DNA of 64,000 bases, from NCBI GenBank assembly GCA_964016885.1, contig OZ024743.1, positions 103,726,001 to 103,790,000 on the forward strand, written 5' to 3'. Shown piece after piece: positions 1 through 14,034 of the stretch. Each line of letters opens with the position of its first letter. The stretch's first letter is position 1. The DNA comes from Eledone cirrhosa. Lineage: Eukaryota. The position numbers were made by a program, and so were the translations under genes. Below the pieces are notes generated by a model that searched no databases, was not told the DNA's origin, and saw only the letters and a program-made list of their open reading frames with translations.

Positions 1-74
1 TGATGCTTATGATTAAAGAAAAAGGAATTAAGAATACTATTTATTTAAGGTTTATATATTGAAGGGTTTAATAA

Positions 75-260
75 TTGTTTCTACTTTTTGGCACAAGGCC
101 AGCAATTACCCAGTACATTACTGGTACTTTATTTTATCGACCCCGTAAGGATGAAAGGCAAAGTTAACCTCGGCGGGATTTGAACTCAGATCATAAAGGG
201 ACATAACTATGCTAGAAAGCATGGCGTCTGACCCTCTACCAATACTGCCAATTCACCACC
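75..260 (-). mobile_element. tRNA-derived SINE (octopod-type), full length with TSD
   Basis: Minus strand reads GGTGGTGAATTGGCAGTATTGG (A box) ... GAGTTCAAATCC (B box). The direct repeat attgaagggtttaataat flanks it at 58-75 and 265-282. The same sequence recurs six more times in the window. Confidence 0.9.
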
Positions 261-638
261 CTTCATTGAAGGGTTTAATAATATGTGCGAAAAGGAATTT
301 ATTAAAATGTATTATTAAAATAAAAAATATTAAGGAGATAAGGTGAATGAAGAAAAGGTTAAATGAATTATGAACTTAGAGGAATTAGTTAGGGTCCAAG
401 TTTGTTTCTATGTATTGTAATAGGAAAAAGTAAATAATGGGTTTAATACGAGCACGGAAGGAGAGAAGAAAGAAAAAATTCAAGGATGAAAAAATATATA
501 ACGTTAAAAAAATATGTTTACAAAATTTCTCTAATGGTAATATTAGTATATATTAAAAATAAAAATGTATATATATACGTCATCTTACAGTTCATTTTAC
601 ATTGTTTAGCCTTCTATCTCTTTCCACGTTATATATTA

Positions 639-1070
639 CTAGCAGAGGTACCCGGCGTTGCTCGGGTATTAAATAGCAGTTATGTATACCATTTATGTCA
701 ATACTTCAGTGCTTCTTCGAAAACTATACTTTTACAAAATCATCGGCTTTTTCCCAAAGGGGGTTCCTGCTCCCAGGGGTCCCCTACTCAATATGTGCCA
801 ATCCACATTCATCTGAAGAACAAACGTAGCCCATGTGTCAAGTTTTGAGAAAATTGGTTGCGAACTCCAGAAGTTATGTCGTTTTCTTGCATTGCACTGC
901 AGTGCTTCAGTCGACTACAAGGAAGCGTTTGAAGGGGGTTATGTGCCAGGAGGCCCTATAATCAATATCTGGAAAAATGAAAGTGCCCATGACCATCCGG
1001 AGTAAATAAGTAATCTATGTCTTAAGTTTGGTGAAAATACTGTAGAAATACATAAGGTTTACACACACAC
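639..1070 (-). mobile_element. Non-autonomous Helitron, 3' end
   Basis: Minus strand ends in hairpin cccgagcaacgccggg followed by ...ctgCTAG-t at 639-642, the canonical Helitron 3' terminus. The right boundary is approximate. Confidence 0.6.
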
Positions 1071-1095
1071 ACGCGCGTGCGTGCGTGTGTGTGTA

Positions 1096-1165
<70 letters not shown>

Positions 1166-1628
1166 TGTGTGTGTATGTATTTGTGTGTGCGTATGTATGT
1201 GTATGTCCGTCGGTGTATACGTATGTACTGGCCTAAATCTTCGCTATTTACTTTTACTATTTTAATAACATCTGTCATTTTCGTTTGCAATTTTATTTAC
1301 ATCATTCTTAAACTCTGGGGCTGAAAATCATTCTGTTATTTTAAATAGAATATTAGTCTAACGACTCCATTTATACCATAGACTTGGTCTTGTCTTTGCA
1401 TGAAATTGTTCTTCTCGGCCCACATAACGACGTATTATCCTCGCTTTTTTTCCGTTCATTGCCAGGGAACGTCTTCACGAACCAAAATATCGTCTTCCTG
1501 TTTTCGTTCGGTTACAAGGTTTCTCGAAATATTTACTTCTGCGTTCACAGATTAAATTTTTTAGTTTCAGAAGATCCCGTTAATGTTGAAATCAGCGAAT
1601 ATTTGCTTAAACTTTAATCTGTTCTTAT

Positions 1629-1729
<101 letters not shown>

Positions 1730-1938
1730 TTGCTTTGTACGGCTTTTGGAGGAAGGAGTGACCAGCAGTACGTTGTTCGGTATTATTACGAAAAGGTGTA
1801 GCAGAGAATCCCGCATGAACTAACAGCTCAGGAGGAAACTGCTTACCTCGAAGATTCATTCGCCATCGTTCTTGTCAACGCTCCGTTTACTTGGTATTTG
1901 TTGGTCTACAGTTAGATGAATGGCGCACAAAGGGTTAA
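1730..1938 (-). mobile_element. Possible piggyBac terminal fragment
   Basis: Minus strand begins TTAA-CCCTTTGTGCGCC, a piggyBac-type end. I found no matching second TIR. Confidence 0.35.
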
Positions 1939-2005
1939 TGTTTATTGGCAAGAAGTTTTTTTAATAATAAAAGACGGGTTAAAGCAACCTATAATGTAGC
2001 TGTGC

Positions 2006-2037
<32 letters not shown>

Positions 2038-2080
2038 ATACGTATATTTTTATGTGTATATCTATATATGTGTATATGTT

Positions 2081-2143
<63 letters not shown>

Positions 2144-2179
2144 GTGTATATACATATATATGTATATATAAGTATATAT

Positions 2180-2243
<64 letters not shown>

Positions 2244-2359
2244 CGAAGAGAATACGTCAACAATGACGTGTTCGTCAGAGTCTCGTTATGCAGACACCAG
2301 ACATACAGACAGATATTATAAGGGCTCGACGGAGATCGATCATCGGCGCCTCACAACTC

Positions 2360-2512
2360 AAAATTAAAAAATAAAGCGGCAGTTAGTATCTTTAGACTGC
2401 AAGGAATATATAAATGCAAGTTTGAAGTCAATCGGAGTAGAAATGTGGATTTGTATAGACTTTGCAAAAATGAGGACACACACACAGACAACATCAGTTT
2501 TATATATATAGA
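2360..2512 (-). mobile_element. Helitron-like 5' terminal fragment
   Basis: Minus strand starts TCTATATATATAAAACTGATGTTGTCTGTGTG, closely resembling the Helitron 5' end at about 41179. Confidence 0.45.
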
Positions 2513-2591
2513 TATACAATGATTCAAACAAACTACAACATTTTGTTATATATATATATATATAAATAATAAACAACACATCGAATCTTCC

Positions 2592-2643
<52 letters not shown>

Positions 2644-3959
2644 AACGAGTAGGACCCCGACGGCTGAGCTCAAGCCGTTTCGACGGCTAATTCTGGACTA
2701 AATGAAAATTTTTATCCTGGTATATGAATAGCCGAGCTTCTCAGGGGGTAATTCCATATATGGTAAAAGTGATTGTCACAAGGATTGGTCAAAAGTTTGT
2801 TGTTGAGACTCATAATTCTATCATGGCAATTTGTGGAAGGAAGGGGTAGCTGAACCTTCCAGTAGAAGAGGGTGAGGGGGTGGAGGAAACCCAGTCGTGC
2901 GTTGATAGTGCCAACTACAGCAGGGCAGGAGGTCAAGGAAGTATACTAGGGAGGGGGAGGGGGAGTCAAAACAACAAGTAAAACAATATGGGGTAAATAT
3001 ATAGAAAAATACCGAGAATGTTAAAAAAACAATTAAATGTAAAAAAAAAACAATTTCTGGTTACTATTCCCTAAGGACAGCTATCAAGTCTCTCACTGGT
3101 ACTGCTAGACTTAAGAAAGGTTTACTAGGTGGGACGGAATTATAATGAGACCCTTTTAAGAGGTAGTAGTAATCAACCGAGTATATCTTACGGTGACGGG
3201 TCAACAAGTGGGGGGGCCAAAATACTAAAGAAACTACCACGAAATAATAATTCAGAGTCCCGAGACTAATACGAAATAACTGTTTCCACCCCAGGCACAA
3301 GGCCAGCAACCACCCAGTGCAAAAAATAAACTAATACAAAATAATAATTCAGAACCCCGAAAAAGAATACTAATACTATCTCTAGGGTGCCGCTACGATA
3401 CAAAAATTCTAGTGCAAACTACATAAATGCTCGTACGAAGTATATGAAAAATTTGATACGGAAAATTAATTCAGAATCCCCCCACCCACCCCACCCCCCA
3501 CCCACCCACAAAAAAATACTGATATACGAGAAATTAAAGCAAAGATACCACTAAGAAATGTAGAAAGCACGGAAAAGGAGCAGCCATCGGATAAGAAGGC
3601 AAGTATCCGGGGTCTATCACATCTGCTATAAAAAGCGGAGTCGGCCAATTCTATCATAGAATATGGGAAGGGGTGGGGGTACTGAGGCTACAAAGGACCG
3701 AGAGGCTGCCTCGGGTGGGCGAGAAAGTGAAAGGAACGACGACAAAGAAAGAGGACTGGGGTGGAAGGACTAGGTAGGGATGGGGGGAAGAAGGAAATAT
3801 AGAGGAAGCGATAAAAAGATATAAAAGAAGATCTTACGTCTACCCTTGCAAGCAGAGGTTACCCATTACAAAGTCGGCAAGCGGGGTGTTACAGCCCTTG
3901 TCTAACCCCCCCCCCCCCCCCCCGGGTCATTATGGGGTTTGAGGGCGAGGTAAGTCCTA

Positions 3960-5294
3960 CGCAATCTGTGTTTGCATGCAGTTACCAGTTCATCTTTTTT
4001 GTTTAGGAGTTGGTTCGTCGAAAACAGCATTTGTAAAGTTTCCTCCGAGCATAAATTGCACGGACGGCGTCCTCCCGTGTAAGAGTTGGCTCTGGACAGT
4101 AAGCTCCAAGTGAGATCATAGGTAATATTGTTATCCTTGAGGTCCCAGATGTGGCCCGAAAGTGTGGTGGCGTGACGCCGGGCCGGGTTTCGGAAGGTAT
4201 GTCTGTGTTAGTATAGCCGGGTCTTGAAGTCACATGCGGTTAATCCTATATAAGTCTTGTTGGAAGTGTCCGTCCTCACGTTGCACTGGTAGATCACATT
4301 ACGATCTCTGCATCTGTTGTCGAGGGGGAAAATGGATCCATCAGGACAGTTGCACCTCCTGGTCGGCTCTCCACTACTATTTAGGTTATTTCTTCCATAG
4401 GGGTTGAGTTTTTTGTTGTTAGAGGAGACGATGTTTTGTGCAAAGTTTGGTGTGGTGCTGTAGGAGAGTTTGATGGTATTTTTGTTAATTATGTTGTGGT
4501 AGCGGTGTTGTAGTGGGAAGTGTTTTTCAATGAGCCTAAAGAAGATTTTCCCGATAGGAGTTGTCACCTCGGCGTTGTGGGGAGGATTGAACCATGTTAC
4601 ATTGCGTGAGCGGCGGTGTCGCCTGCTGGTTCCGCTAATGGAAGCTGGACAGTAGGATATTTCCTCTCGGAAACCACTCCGATTGAGGGCCTGGTTGTAA
4701 TAAGGCGCATGTTCCTCGAATATCTGCTCATTAGCGGACAAACGAGATATGCGGAGGGAGATGTTTTTAACCAGGTTATTGATGTTCCTAGAATGGTTTG
4801 ACCGGCGGTGGATGTAGTGCAGGTTGTCGTTGGGTTTCCTGTATGGGTAGTACAGATCATTATCGAGGTCATGGGTAACGTCCAGGAAGTTTACTCGGGT
4901 CAGGGACGTTTGTGGGGTTATTTTAAATCCCCAGTCGCAGAAGAAGCTGATTAATTGTTTACAGACCCGGTCTGTACTACTGGGGTTGTACCCTTTAAGG
5001 GTAAGGAGCCCATCATCACGGTACAATCCAACGCCGAATGCAGGAAACATATCGGTGAGTTTAGCTAGTAGGAATAATCCTATAAGATCTGTGACCTCAG
5101 CCGAATCCGTCGCGCCCATGCTGACGTCGAAGGGTGAGTCGGGAGCTCTCTTTATCCATTTGGAGTTGTCGAAGAGTAGGACTGTCTTCCTGGCGTGGAG
5201 GATGATGTTTCTTTCCTGGTTGGTGATGGGCGCAAGTGTTTCGGCGAAGTCCAAGGCAGCCGTAAGTAGCGGTAAGGTAATTGAAGCATAGTAA
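3960..5294 (-). mobile_element. Penelope-like element (Neptune-like), RT C-half + GIY-YIG endonuclease, frameshifted
   Basis: ORF 4208-5323 has SMGATDSAE, GLYRDDGL, VNFLDV, WFNPP, a CNC..PL...C linker and a VIYQC...TYIGLT GIY-YIG motif. The 3' UTR probably extends leftward toward about 2700. Confidence 0.9.
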
Positions 5295-5877
5295 CATAGA
5301 ACATTAAATTCAAATCCAGACACAACCGATTCCTACAAAAACTCCGTAGCAACTTAACAGAGTATGATAACACCAATGACATCATGGTGCACTCGGATAA
5401 AACTGGTAACCTCTACTTCGTCAACCCCGACAGATACCACACACGGATCAGGAGCAGCCTAAACTCCACCTATAAAAAGGCTAACCACTCATGCATCGAG
5501 GTCATAAATCGATATGGACAACAAATTACCTCCAGCCTCGGGGTCGCCGACCGCACGGAACCCCTAGATCCACGGACACCCTACTTCACACTGAAGGACC
5601 ACAAATCCGATTTCGACCGTAAACCTTCTATCAGGCTTATAAACCCAACGAAGTCCGACATAGGGAGAATCAGCAAAAAAATCCTAGACCGCGTTATACC
5701 AAAAGTTAAGCAACACGCCAGACTTAGCCTATGGGTCAACACCCAGGAAGTAATCTCATGGTTCAGCAATATGGAGGACAAACGAGACACTAAATTCATC
5801 CAGTTTGACATAGAGAATTACTATGCTTCAATTACCTTACCGCTACTTACGGCTGCCTTGAACTTTGCCGAAACACA
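5295..5877 (+). mobile_element. Inverted 5' part of the same Penelope-like element (RT N-half)
   Basis: ORF 5384-5893 has DKTGNLY, TLKDHK, RLINPTKSDIG and QFDIENYY. Its end, YYASITLPLLTAAL, duplicates the start of the minus-strand piece. Confidence 0.88.
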
Positions 5878-5972
5878 AGATAAAGTAAAATGAAGAAATA
5901 AAATATAAAAAAAATAAAAAAATAATAACATTGACAGTTGAAAATTGCAAACTTGACTGTCACCACAGAATA

Positions 5973-6011
5973 TGAACCTGAAGATTGCGAAAGCATGAAA
6001 GTACTTGTTCA
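5973..6011 (+). ncRNA. Minimal type I hammerhead ribozyme motif
   Basis: Reads tgaac-CTGAAGA-t-tgc gaaa gca-t-GAAA-gtac-TT-gttca. Stem I is tgaac/gttca and stem III is the palindrome AGTACT. The same family recurs at 6295-6380 and 32760-33110. Confidence 0.7.
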
Positions 6012-6240
6012 ATTAACACTTAACATTTAATATTCTACCATACTATTTCATTCTAATAACATTATAATTTTAAAGGATTGTAAATAAAACGAGTAAATCA
6101 GACAAAGTTGGAATATATATATAAATATATAAATATAAATTATCGAGAATCGCATTTCGGCCCACGAAATAACGAAAAACAACCTCTGAGATGTGTGGCA
6201 AGTGCTCAATGATTCAGATGAACCAGACCTATAACAAACG

Positions 6241-6298
<58 letters not shown>

Positions 6299-6792
6299 TA
6301 AAAGGAATTCCAACTTTGTCTGATTTACTCGTTTTATTTACAATCCTTTAAAATTATAATGGTATTAGAATGAAATAGTACAAAGGTACAAAGTGTCTTA
6401 TTAATTTCACGCTTTATATGGAAAATTCAAAGTGTCGGGCTTAAGCCCTTTTTCAGGAGTACAAAATAGATACAGGAATACAATGGAGAAACAAATAAAA
6501 TAAAATCGAAAATGAAGTGTGTAAACAATACAAAGCAGTTTTGGTAAAGAGGTGGAACCCAAAGTATAGTGTCTGTGTCGATATTATGTGTGAGTGTAGG
6601 TGGATGTTTAAACGTGTGGTATGTGGTATGTGGTAGTGGACTTATATGTGTGAGTGAATGCAAGTTTGAATGTGTGTACTATATATGTGAGTTAAAGTGA
6701 TTTTGTGTGTGTGTAAAGTATCTGGCAGTGATTGGGTATATCCATGAGACGTATGGATTTGTATGTACGTATGTATGTATGTATATATGTAT

Positions 6793-8746
6793 GTTCTTCT
6801 GGTTATATAATTTCACAATTTTTTACGAATAGAGAGAGAGTCGGTTTCTAACATAGACACAAGACTCTCTCATTGGAATTTACACAACATCAACTAGGTA
6901 GATAATGTACCTAGTATGTATGTGTGGATATGGATGTTATTGTATGTGTGGATGTGTATGTATTGAGTTGTAAGTGTGCATTTGTATCTGTACATGTGTA
7001 TATGCAGTTATTAGATTCAGAATTTTTGGAATGTTTTACATATTTTTACTGTTCCATTAATGGATTGTACTTGTAATTTCCTAACTAGTCATGTTCGTTC
7101 TGTTCCTGTGAAGCCCAGCTTCTCAAGATTTGTATTTAGGCAGTTACTAACATATCCCAGTGTCCCAATAATCACAGGCATAAATCTGAATGTGTAATTA
7201 GGGTGGAGTATCTGCAGATTTCTCATCTGTTCTGCATAAATATTCTCCTTTTCGCCAATCTTTGATATTATATTGGCATCTGCTGGGCAGCTAACTTCCA
7301 CTACTCTGCATGCTTTCATCTCCCTGTCCCATATCATAATATCTGGTCTGTTATGCCTGTATTTTATTGGGGTTTTTACTGGAACATTCCACCAGTACTC
7401 TTTCATATTATGTACATGGATGTCTTCCACATTGCTGTAGCTTTTAACGTGTTTATTATCGGGGCTATCTTTTCTACGGATTGCATTGTACAGTGTTTTG
7501 GCCACTACATCATGCCTCATAGGTAGATAGTACCGCGATGACATCTTTGCACAGCTGCTGATGAGACGGGTGACATCTTCGATGTTAATTCTGCAGAGTC
7601 TGCACTTGTTATCACATCTAGGTGTTTTGCCTGCATCCCTATCTCTTTTGTGAATCAGGTATTTCGTGTTAATTTCCTGTTGTTGGATTGCAAAAGCGTA
7701 TCCTTCAAGGTGGGAGCCAATATAGCGGTTGTTGGTCCAAGATAGACTACTTTCCTCATCTATATTACTCTCACTCTGGAACTTCCTGGCCACATATCCA
7801 TGCATGATTTTTTGCTGATAAGCATGCAGTTTTTCATCCATGGATTCACTGCGATACTGCTGAGCGACTTCCCTGGGTGTGAGTTTTTGATAATCACACC
7901 GGGAATATCTCTCGAGAAGTTCCTTCCCAACTCTCATGATCTTATCTGTTTCATGCAGATAGACTTGCTCGAGTGACGGGCTCCTACGCTTCGAGGTTCG
8001 TAGATGTTGTTGGAGGGATATGATGCGACATTCAAATGCTGTCTGGACTGATGTTAGGCCTCTGCCTCCCTGCTTACGTTTCAAGTAAAGGCGGTTTACG
8101 TCATTGTTGATGTGGAAGTTTCCGGTGTTGTTTAGTATTTTTCGAGTTCCAACATCAACTGCTCGGATTTCGTCTATCGTCCAATTGAGTATTCCAAACG
8201 TTCGTGTTAGGACAGGCACAGCAAACACATTGTGAGCCACTGTTTTTTTTTGCGCAGAGAGTTCCGATGACCAAATCTTTCTTAATCGGGTGTAGTATTC
8301 CCTGTTTGCGCGTTCTTTATTACAGATACCATTATAGGATATGTTCTTATCTATCCCCAGGTATCTGTAGCAGTCCTCATCAGATATCGGTGAAACAGTT
8401 AGGCCATTGATGACAATGTTGCTAGATTGGTTTGTTTTTCCCTACTTTACAGTAATATATGAGCATTTATCTTGGCCAAACTCCATTCCTATATCCTTTG
8501 AGAACGTTGTAACGAGGTCAAGATTTTTCTTCATCCCATCCATGTTCTTGACATAGAGTTTTAGATCATCCATAAAGAAATTATGGGTTAGGTTCTAATT
8601 TCTGTCCTCCTGTGAGCCAGTGATGTATCCTTCACATTTCTTGAGCAGAAAGTACAAGGAGTTTAATGACAGGATGAATAATATCACAGAGAGACTGTCT
8701 CCCTGAAATATACCCCTGTGATATTTTATTTAATCAGTGAAAATAG

Positions 8747-8818
<72 letters not shown>

Positions 8819-10822
8819 TTAACCTTAGGATAGTAGCCCAAGAAGACAGCTTCTCTATGGCTCTGATAAAAATGTCTGGGACTCTAGCAAATTGGAGGGC
8901 CTCTATCGAAAGCTTTCCTGTAGTTCAGCCAGACTGTAGTCATATTCCTCCTAAGTTGTCGCACCTCCGACATCGCAGTTTTGTTGATTAGGAGTTGTTC
9001 AGCACATCCACAAATCCTTTCTTTCCAGCTGCTTGTTCATCTGTGATGATGTTATTATTTTCACAGTGATCTTGGAGGAATAGGTTCAGGCAGGCTGTAT
9101 ACATCTTATACATCAGGTTCTGGCATACAATGGATCGGTAGATTTTTGCCAAGTGGGTGTCTTTGTTCTTGGGGACCAGTAATGTTTGTGCTAATGTCAA
9201 CCATTCTGGTATAAGTGTATCTCCCTTAAGAACTTGTTGGTAGAGGTCAGTAAATACCTCCGATAGGATATCAGTTTTTTGTAACAGTAGCCGACAATCA
9301 TGTCTCTTCCTGATGTTTTCTTATCTTGGAGTTTTCCTATCACAGTCTCAAGAGTACCCTCACTTATTTCGTATGTTTTTGTTGTAGTGTAGGAGCAATA
9401 GTTCTTTTGGATTTCTTTTAGCCACACTGCATCTTGGTTGAAATTCTTCTTTTCACCCCATATTTTTCTCCAAAAGGAATCTATGTCTCTGCTATGAGGC
9501 CTCAGTGACACTTATTATTTTGTCCTTCCTATCTCTATAGACTGATGTTTGGTTTCGTCTGAATCTTTTATTAAGCACTTTTCGTTCATCTACCTTCTTC
9601 GGGTATCGGCGCTTTTCGCTAACAGCTCTCAATTCTTGTTTGAGGGTGATCAGCTTATATTGAAGAGTTCTGGTTCTACTGTTACCAAACATCGTCTCTA
9701 TTTTATTTTTTCACTCTTTGTTGGTGAGGAGTGAGGTTTTTTTGGTGTTTGTTTGCATGTAAGGAGCATTGTCACATATCCTATGGTTTTTCGTAGGTCA
9801 GCAATCTTTTTTTCTATTTTAGTTATATATGATGGTATTTTTGATGGTGTTTTGTTCTTGTTAATATCTCTGCTATCACCAAGATAATGCTTCACTGTCG
9901 TTGCTAAGGCATATATACAGGCGTTGATTTTGTTGGGGTTTTTATCCGTCGTAAATATCCATCCTCTATTTCGTCAATAACACGTAATATTTCATTATTT
10001 GTTTTTTTTAATTAAACATTGTCGTTTTAATACGTTCAGCAAGAGAGATATTTATACATGAATTAATTTCTCTCTGGAATGTTTCGTTGAGGGAAATTTT
10101 CAATTGTTTTTACTTTTGATTATTATCATTATCGATAGTATTTTCCACAATAGTCGAGGTATACTCGGATGGTACACGTGGTGTCAAATTTCTTACAGAC
10201 AGTTGTTTCAAGGCACTTTTCCACCTGGCTGCTAGGAAGTCTAGTACCATGGCGACCTGTAGCACGTGTTGTTGATAACATGTTTGTTGTGGAGGATTTA
10301 CAATTAATAATATTTATCGTATTTTTACGTTCAACAAACGTCGCTTGTTGGCGTAATTGTTTCGCTGTGAAATAATTTAGCTCTGGGTGCATTTCGTCCC
10401 AGTTTAGCTTCATTCTGTTCATATAGCCAATGGAGGGATTGTTTTTTGCCATTTTTTAACAATTAAATAAATCATCATTAAGGTCGCGACTCCAAGAGAA
10501 ATGCGATTTATAATTTCGATTTCTTCTGTAGCTACAACTGAATAAAGTTTGTTTACCTTTCTCGTTGTTTATCTTCGATACTTCCTTAATGTTGTTGTTG
10601 ATGCTGTGTTCAGCTATGCTGTTTGTAGCAAATCCTTGTAAAATGAATTATGTATTTAGTAGGATATCTCTACGAATTCGAATAAAAGGTGTCTTCAGAA
10701 GATATAGTTAGAAGAATAACCAGTTATTCAACATGACTGTAGTTGTGGCATTACTGTTGGAGATAGTATTCATCTTAAATTTAATAGTCTCCCACGCCAA
10801 AATATGCGACTGATCGCTGTGT
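6793..10822 (-). mobile_element. R4/Dong-like RLE non-LTR retrotransposon, near full length, pseudogenised
   Basis: Fragmented ORF carries TLLVPK, IVCQNLMYK, RLYLKRKQGGRGL, a CRLC...LISSC knuckle, RHDVVA and the RPDIMIWD...VEVSCP RLE motif. (CATA)n lies on both sides. Confidence 0.88.
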
Positions 10823-10848
10823 ATGTATGTAAGTATGTACGTATGTAT

Positions 10849-12145
10849 GTTTTTCTGGTTTTATAATTTCACAATTTTTTTTTTACTTATAGAGAGAGAG
10901 TCGGTTCCTAACATAGACACAAGACTCTCTCGTTGGAATTTACACATCAACTAGGTAGATATGTATGCATGTCTGCATGCCTGCATGTATGTGCAACTAT
11001 GGATGTTATTGTATGTGTGGATGTTTATGTTTTGAGTTGAATGTGTGCATGTGTATATGCTTTGTATCTGTACATGTTTATATGCAGTTATTAGATGCAG
11101 AATATTTGGAATGTTTTACATATTTTTACTGTTCCATTAATAATGGATTGTACTTGTAGTTTCCTAACTAGTTGTGTTCTTTCTGTTCCTGTGAAGCCTA
11201 GCTTCTCAAGATTTGTATTGAGGCAGTTACTAACATACCCCAGGGCCCCAATAATCACAGGCATAAATCTGAAGGTATAGTCAGGGTGGAGTATCTGTAG
11301 ATTTTCATTAGTTCTGCATAGATATTTTCCTTTTCGCTAATCTTTGATATTATATTGGCATCTACTAGTGGGCAGACTTCCACTACTATACCTGTCTTCT
11401 TTCCCCTGTCCCATATCATTATATCTGGTCTGTTATATCTGAATTTTATTTGGGTTTTACTGGAACATTCCACCAGTACTTTTTCATATTATGTATGTGT
11501 ATGTCTTCCACATTGCTGTAGCTTTTAATGTGTTTATAATCGGGGCTATCTTTCTACGGATTGCATTGTACAGTGTTTTGGCAACTACATCATGCCTCAT
11601 AGGTAGATAGTACCACGATGACATCTTTGGACAGCTGCTTATGACACGGGTGACATCTTCGATGTTAATTCTGCAGAGTCTGCACTTGTTCTCAGATCTA
11701 GGTGTTTTGCCTGCATCTCTGTCTCTCTTGTGAATCAGGTATTTTGTGTTGATTTCCTGTTCTTGGATTGCAAAAGCGTATCCTTCAAAGAGGGAGCCAA
11801 TATAGCGGTTGTTGGTTCAAGATAGGCTACATTGTTAATCTATAATATTCTCACATTGATGCCTCCTGGCAACATATCCATGCATGATTTTTTGCTGATA
11901 AGCATGTAGTTGTTCATCCATGGATTCACTGAGGTACTGCTAGGCAGTTTCCTTGGGTGTGAGTTTTTGATTATCATGTAGGGAATATCTTTCAAGGGGT
12001 TCCATCCCAACTCTCATGATCTTATCTGTCTCATGCAGATATATGGGCTCCTACGCTTCGAGGTTCATAAATGTTGTCAGAGGAATATGATGCGACACTC
12101 AAATGCTGTCCGGACTGATGTTAGGCCTCTGCCTTCTTGCTTACG
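10849..12145 (-). mobile_element. R4/Dong-like LINE, 5'-truncated second copy, head-to-tail with the first
   Basis: Highly similar to 6793-8080, including the 3' UTR and RPDIMIWD. Confidence 0.88.
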
Positions 12146-12522
12146 CACACAAACTAAACAACATCTCATACAAAAAGGAAAATTGATTTCGTGAAATACT
12201 ACATAGGCAATTGACGTCATTCTCGTGAATAGCGAAATAACCATCAAAAGACGCTTGAAAACGACTTTAAAAATGTTTAATCAAAATTTTATCCCAAAGA
12301 GAGGAAATTGGAACATTATCCTCTGAAAGTTCCTTAAACCCTGAAGAAGGGGCTTTTAGGTCCTGAAATATTGGACAGGAAAAGAACTACAAAAAACAAA
12401 ACAAAGAACCAGGTAACTTCATTTTCATTACCTCATCTTACAGTTCATTTTGTATTGTTTAGCCTTCTATCTCTTTCAACGTTTTATATTGTATACAATG
12501 ATTCAAGCACACTACAACATTT

Positions 12523-12571
<49 letters not shown>

Positions 12572-12574
<3 letters not shown>

Positions 12575-13815
12575 GGTACGGATGGTATTTGAGGACATAT
12601 TTATCGTTTTAAAAAAACGCTTATTTAATAACAGAAAAAAACTGTATTCTTATAAAAATAACGTAAACATAAAGCTAAATTATCAATTTAATAATTTCAT
12701 TCAATAAAACCGCCATAAGCAACAATAACTACTTCTACGTGTGGTTGAAATCGTTTACAGGTTCGGATTAAGTGGTCCTTGTTCATATCGGACAGACTCG
12801 AATTATTGAAGCTTTCAAAGAATCTTTGGTGCTATGGGGGGTGTTCATTGATATTTTTCTCAACGATGCTCCAGATATAGTAGTCCAGTGGATTGAGATC
12901 TGGAGAATTAGGAGGCCAAATGTTGGGGGTGATGTGATCATGCAATTTTACGGCCATCCATTCTTGTGTCATTTGAACCTTGTGTGATGGTGCAGAATCT
13001 TGTTGAATGACATAAGGCCTTCCATTGCATACATTGTTAATCGAAGGCTTAACACCTTTATCCAGAACCTCAATATACGCAGCAGCATTCACCCTAAGGC
13101 CTTGTGGAAAATAGTGAGGAGGATCACATGTCCTTCATTGTTAACAACACCCAAAACCATGACACTTGCAGGAAATTTTGTGTGCATTACGCTTAGAACC
13201 TCAGAAGGGTCTGCACATAGCCACCTGTCATTTCTTCTGTTAGTTTTCTGATCCTGGTCAAAGTTTTTCTCATCTGAGAAAAACCAAATCACATCAACTT
13301 CTGGTGCATTTTTAAGTTTGTTCAAAAGTCTTTTGGATCTGATTAAACGGTTTTCTTTTGTTTTATCTGACATGAATTGACCTCTCCTCATCACGTAAGA
13401 TGTGTATCTGATGTCTTCATGCACAACATTTCTGATTCTTTTTTCTGACACACAAACGTTTTTTGCAATTGATCTCATTGATTTTCCTGGATAGTCATCA
13501 ATGTTTTGCTTAACTTCCTGAATAAATTCAGGTGTCCTGATAGAATCAGAGCATTTGGAATGTTTTTTACGTTTTGATACAGGTAATATGCTTCCATCTT
13601 CTTTCTCTAACTCAAAAGATCTTGCAACTTTCAGAAAAAGAGAAATTTCTAAATCCCCATGATTAGCCTTCAAAGCCACAATCACAGCAAGCCATTTCAT
13701 TTCATTAGTAAGCATAGTTATTTTCATTGTTATTTTCTGAAATAGAAGTTCAATAAAAATTAGTCAAATAAAATAATGACTAAAAATGCATGTGTCCTCA
13801 AATACTGTCCGCGCC

Positions 13816-13818
<3 letters not shown>
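12572..13818 (-). mobile_element. Tc1/mariner DNA transposon, maT (DD37D) family, complete ends, frameshifted transposase
   Basis: TIRs are cagggtacggatggtatttgaggaca and tgtcctcaaatactgtccgcgccctg, with TA flanks. Motifs are FSDEKNF, QQDSAPSH and WPPNSPDLNPLD, with 37 residues between the 2nd and 3rd D. Confidence 0.93.
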
Positions 13819-13888
<70 letters not shown>

Positions 13889-14034
13889 ACGAAGGAGGTG
13901 TGGTAAGGAACCAGATGGACACCATAAATGAGTCCAGAAATAGCCGTCGAAACGGCTTGAGCTCTGCCGTCAGGGTTAAACATTTTCCTACATATATATA
14001 TATTATATATACATAATAGACAACACAATATAAT

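Noticed and set aside
75-260. tRNA genes at the A/B-box sites
   Set aside because: The boxes are over-spaced, there is no cloverleaf, and they are fused to a common body with TSDs. They are SINE heads.
2240-2290. Minus-strand CTGACGA followed by a hairpin
   Set aside because: No GAAA or stem III follows, so it is not a hammerhead.
13925-13980. GAAACGGC...GCCGTC hammerhead 3' half in the dispersed repeat (also 2660, 34610, 51790)
   Set aside because: No CUGANGA box is present in any copy here, so I cannot call a ribozyme.
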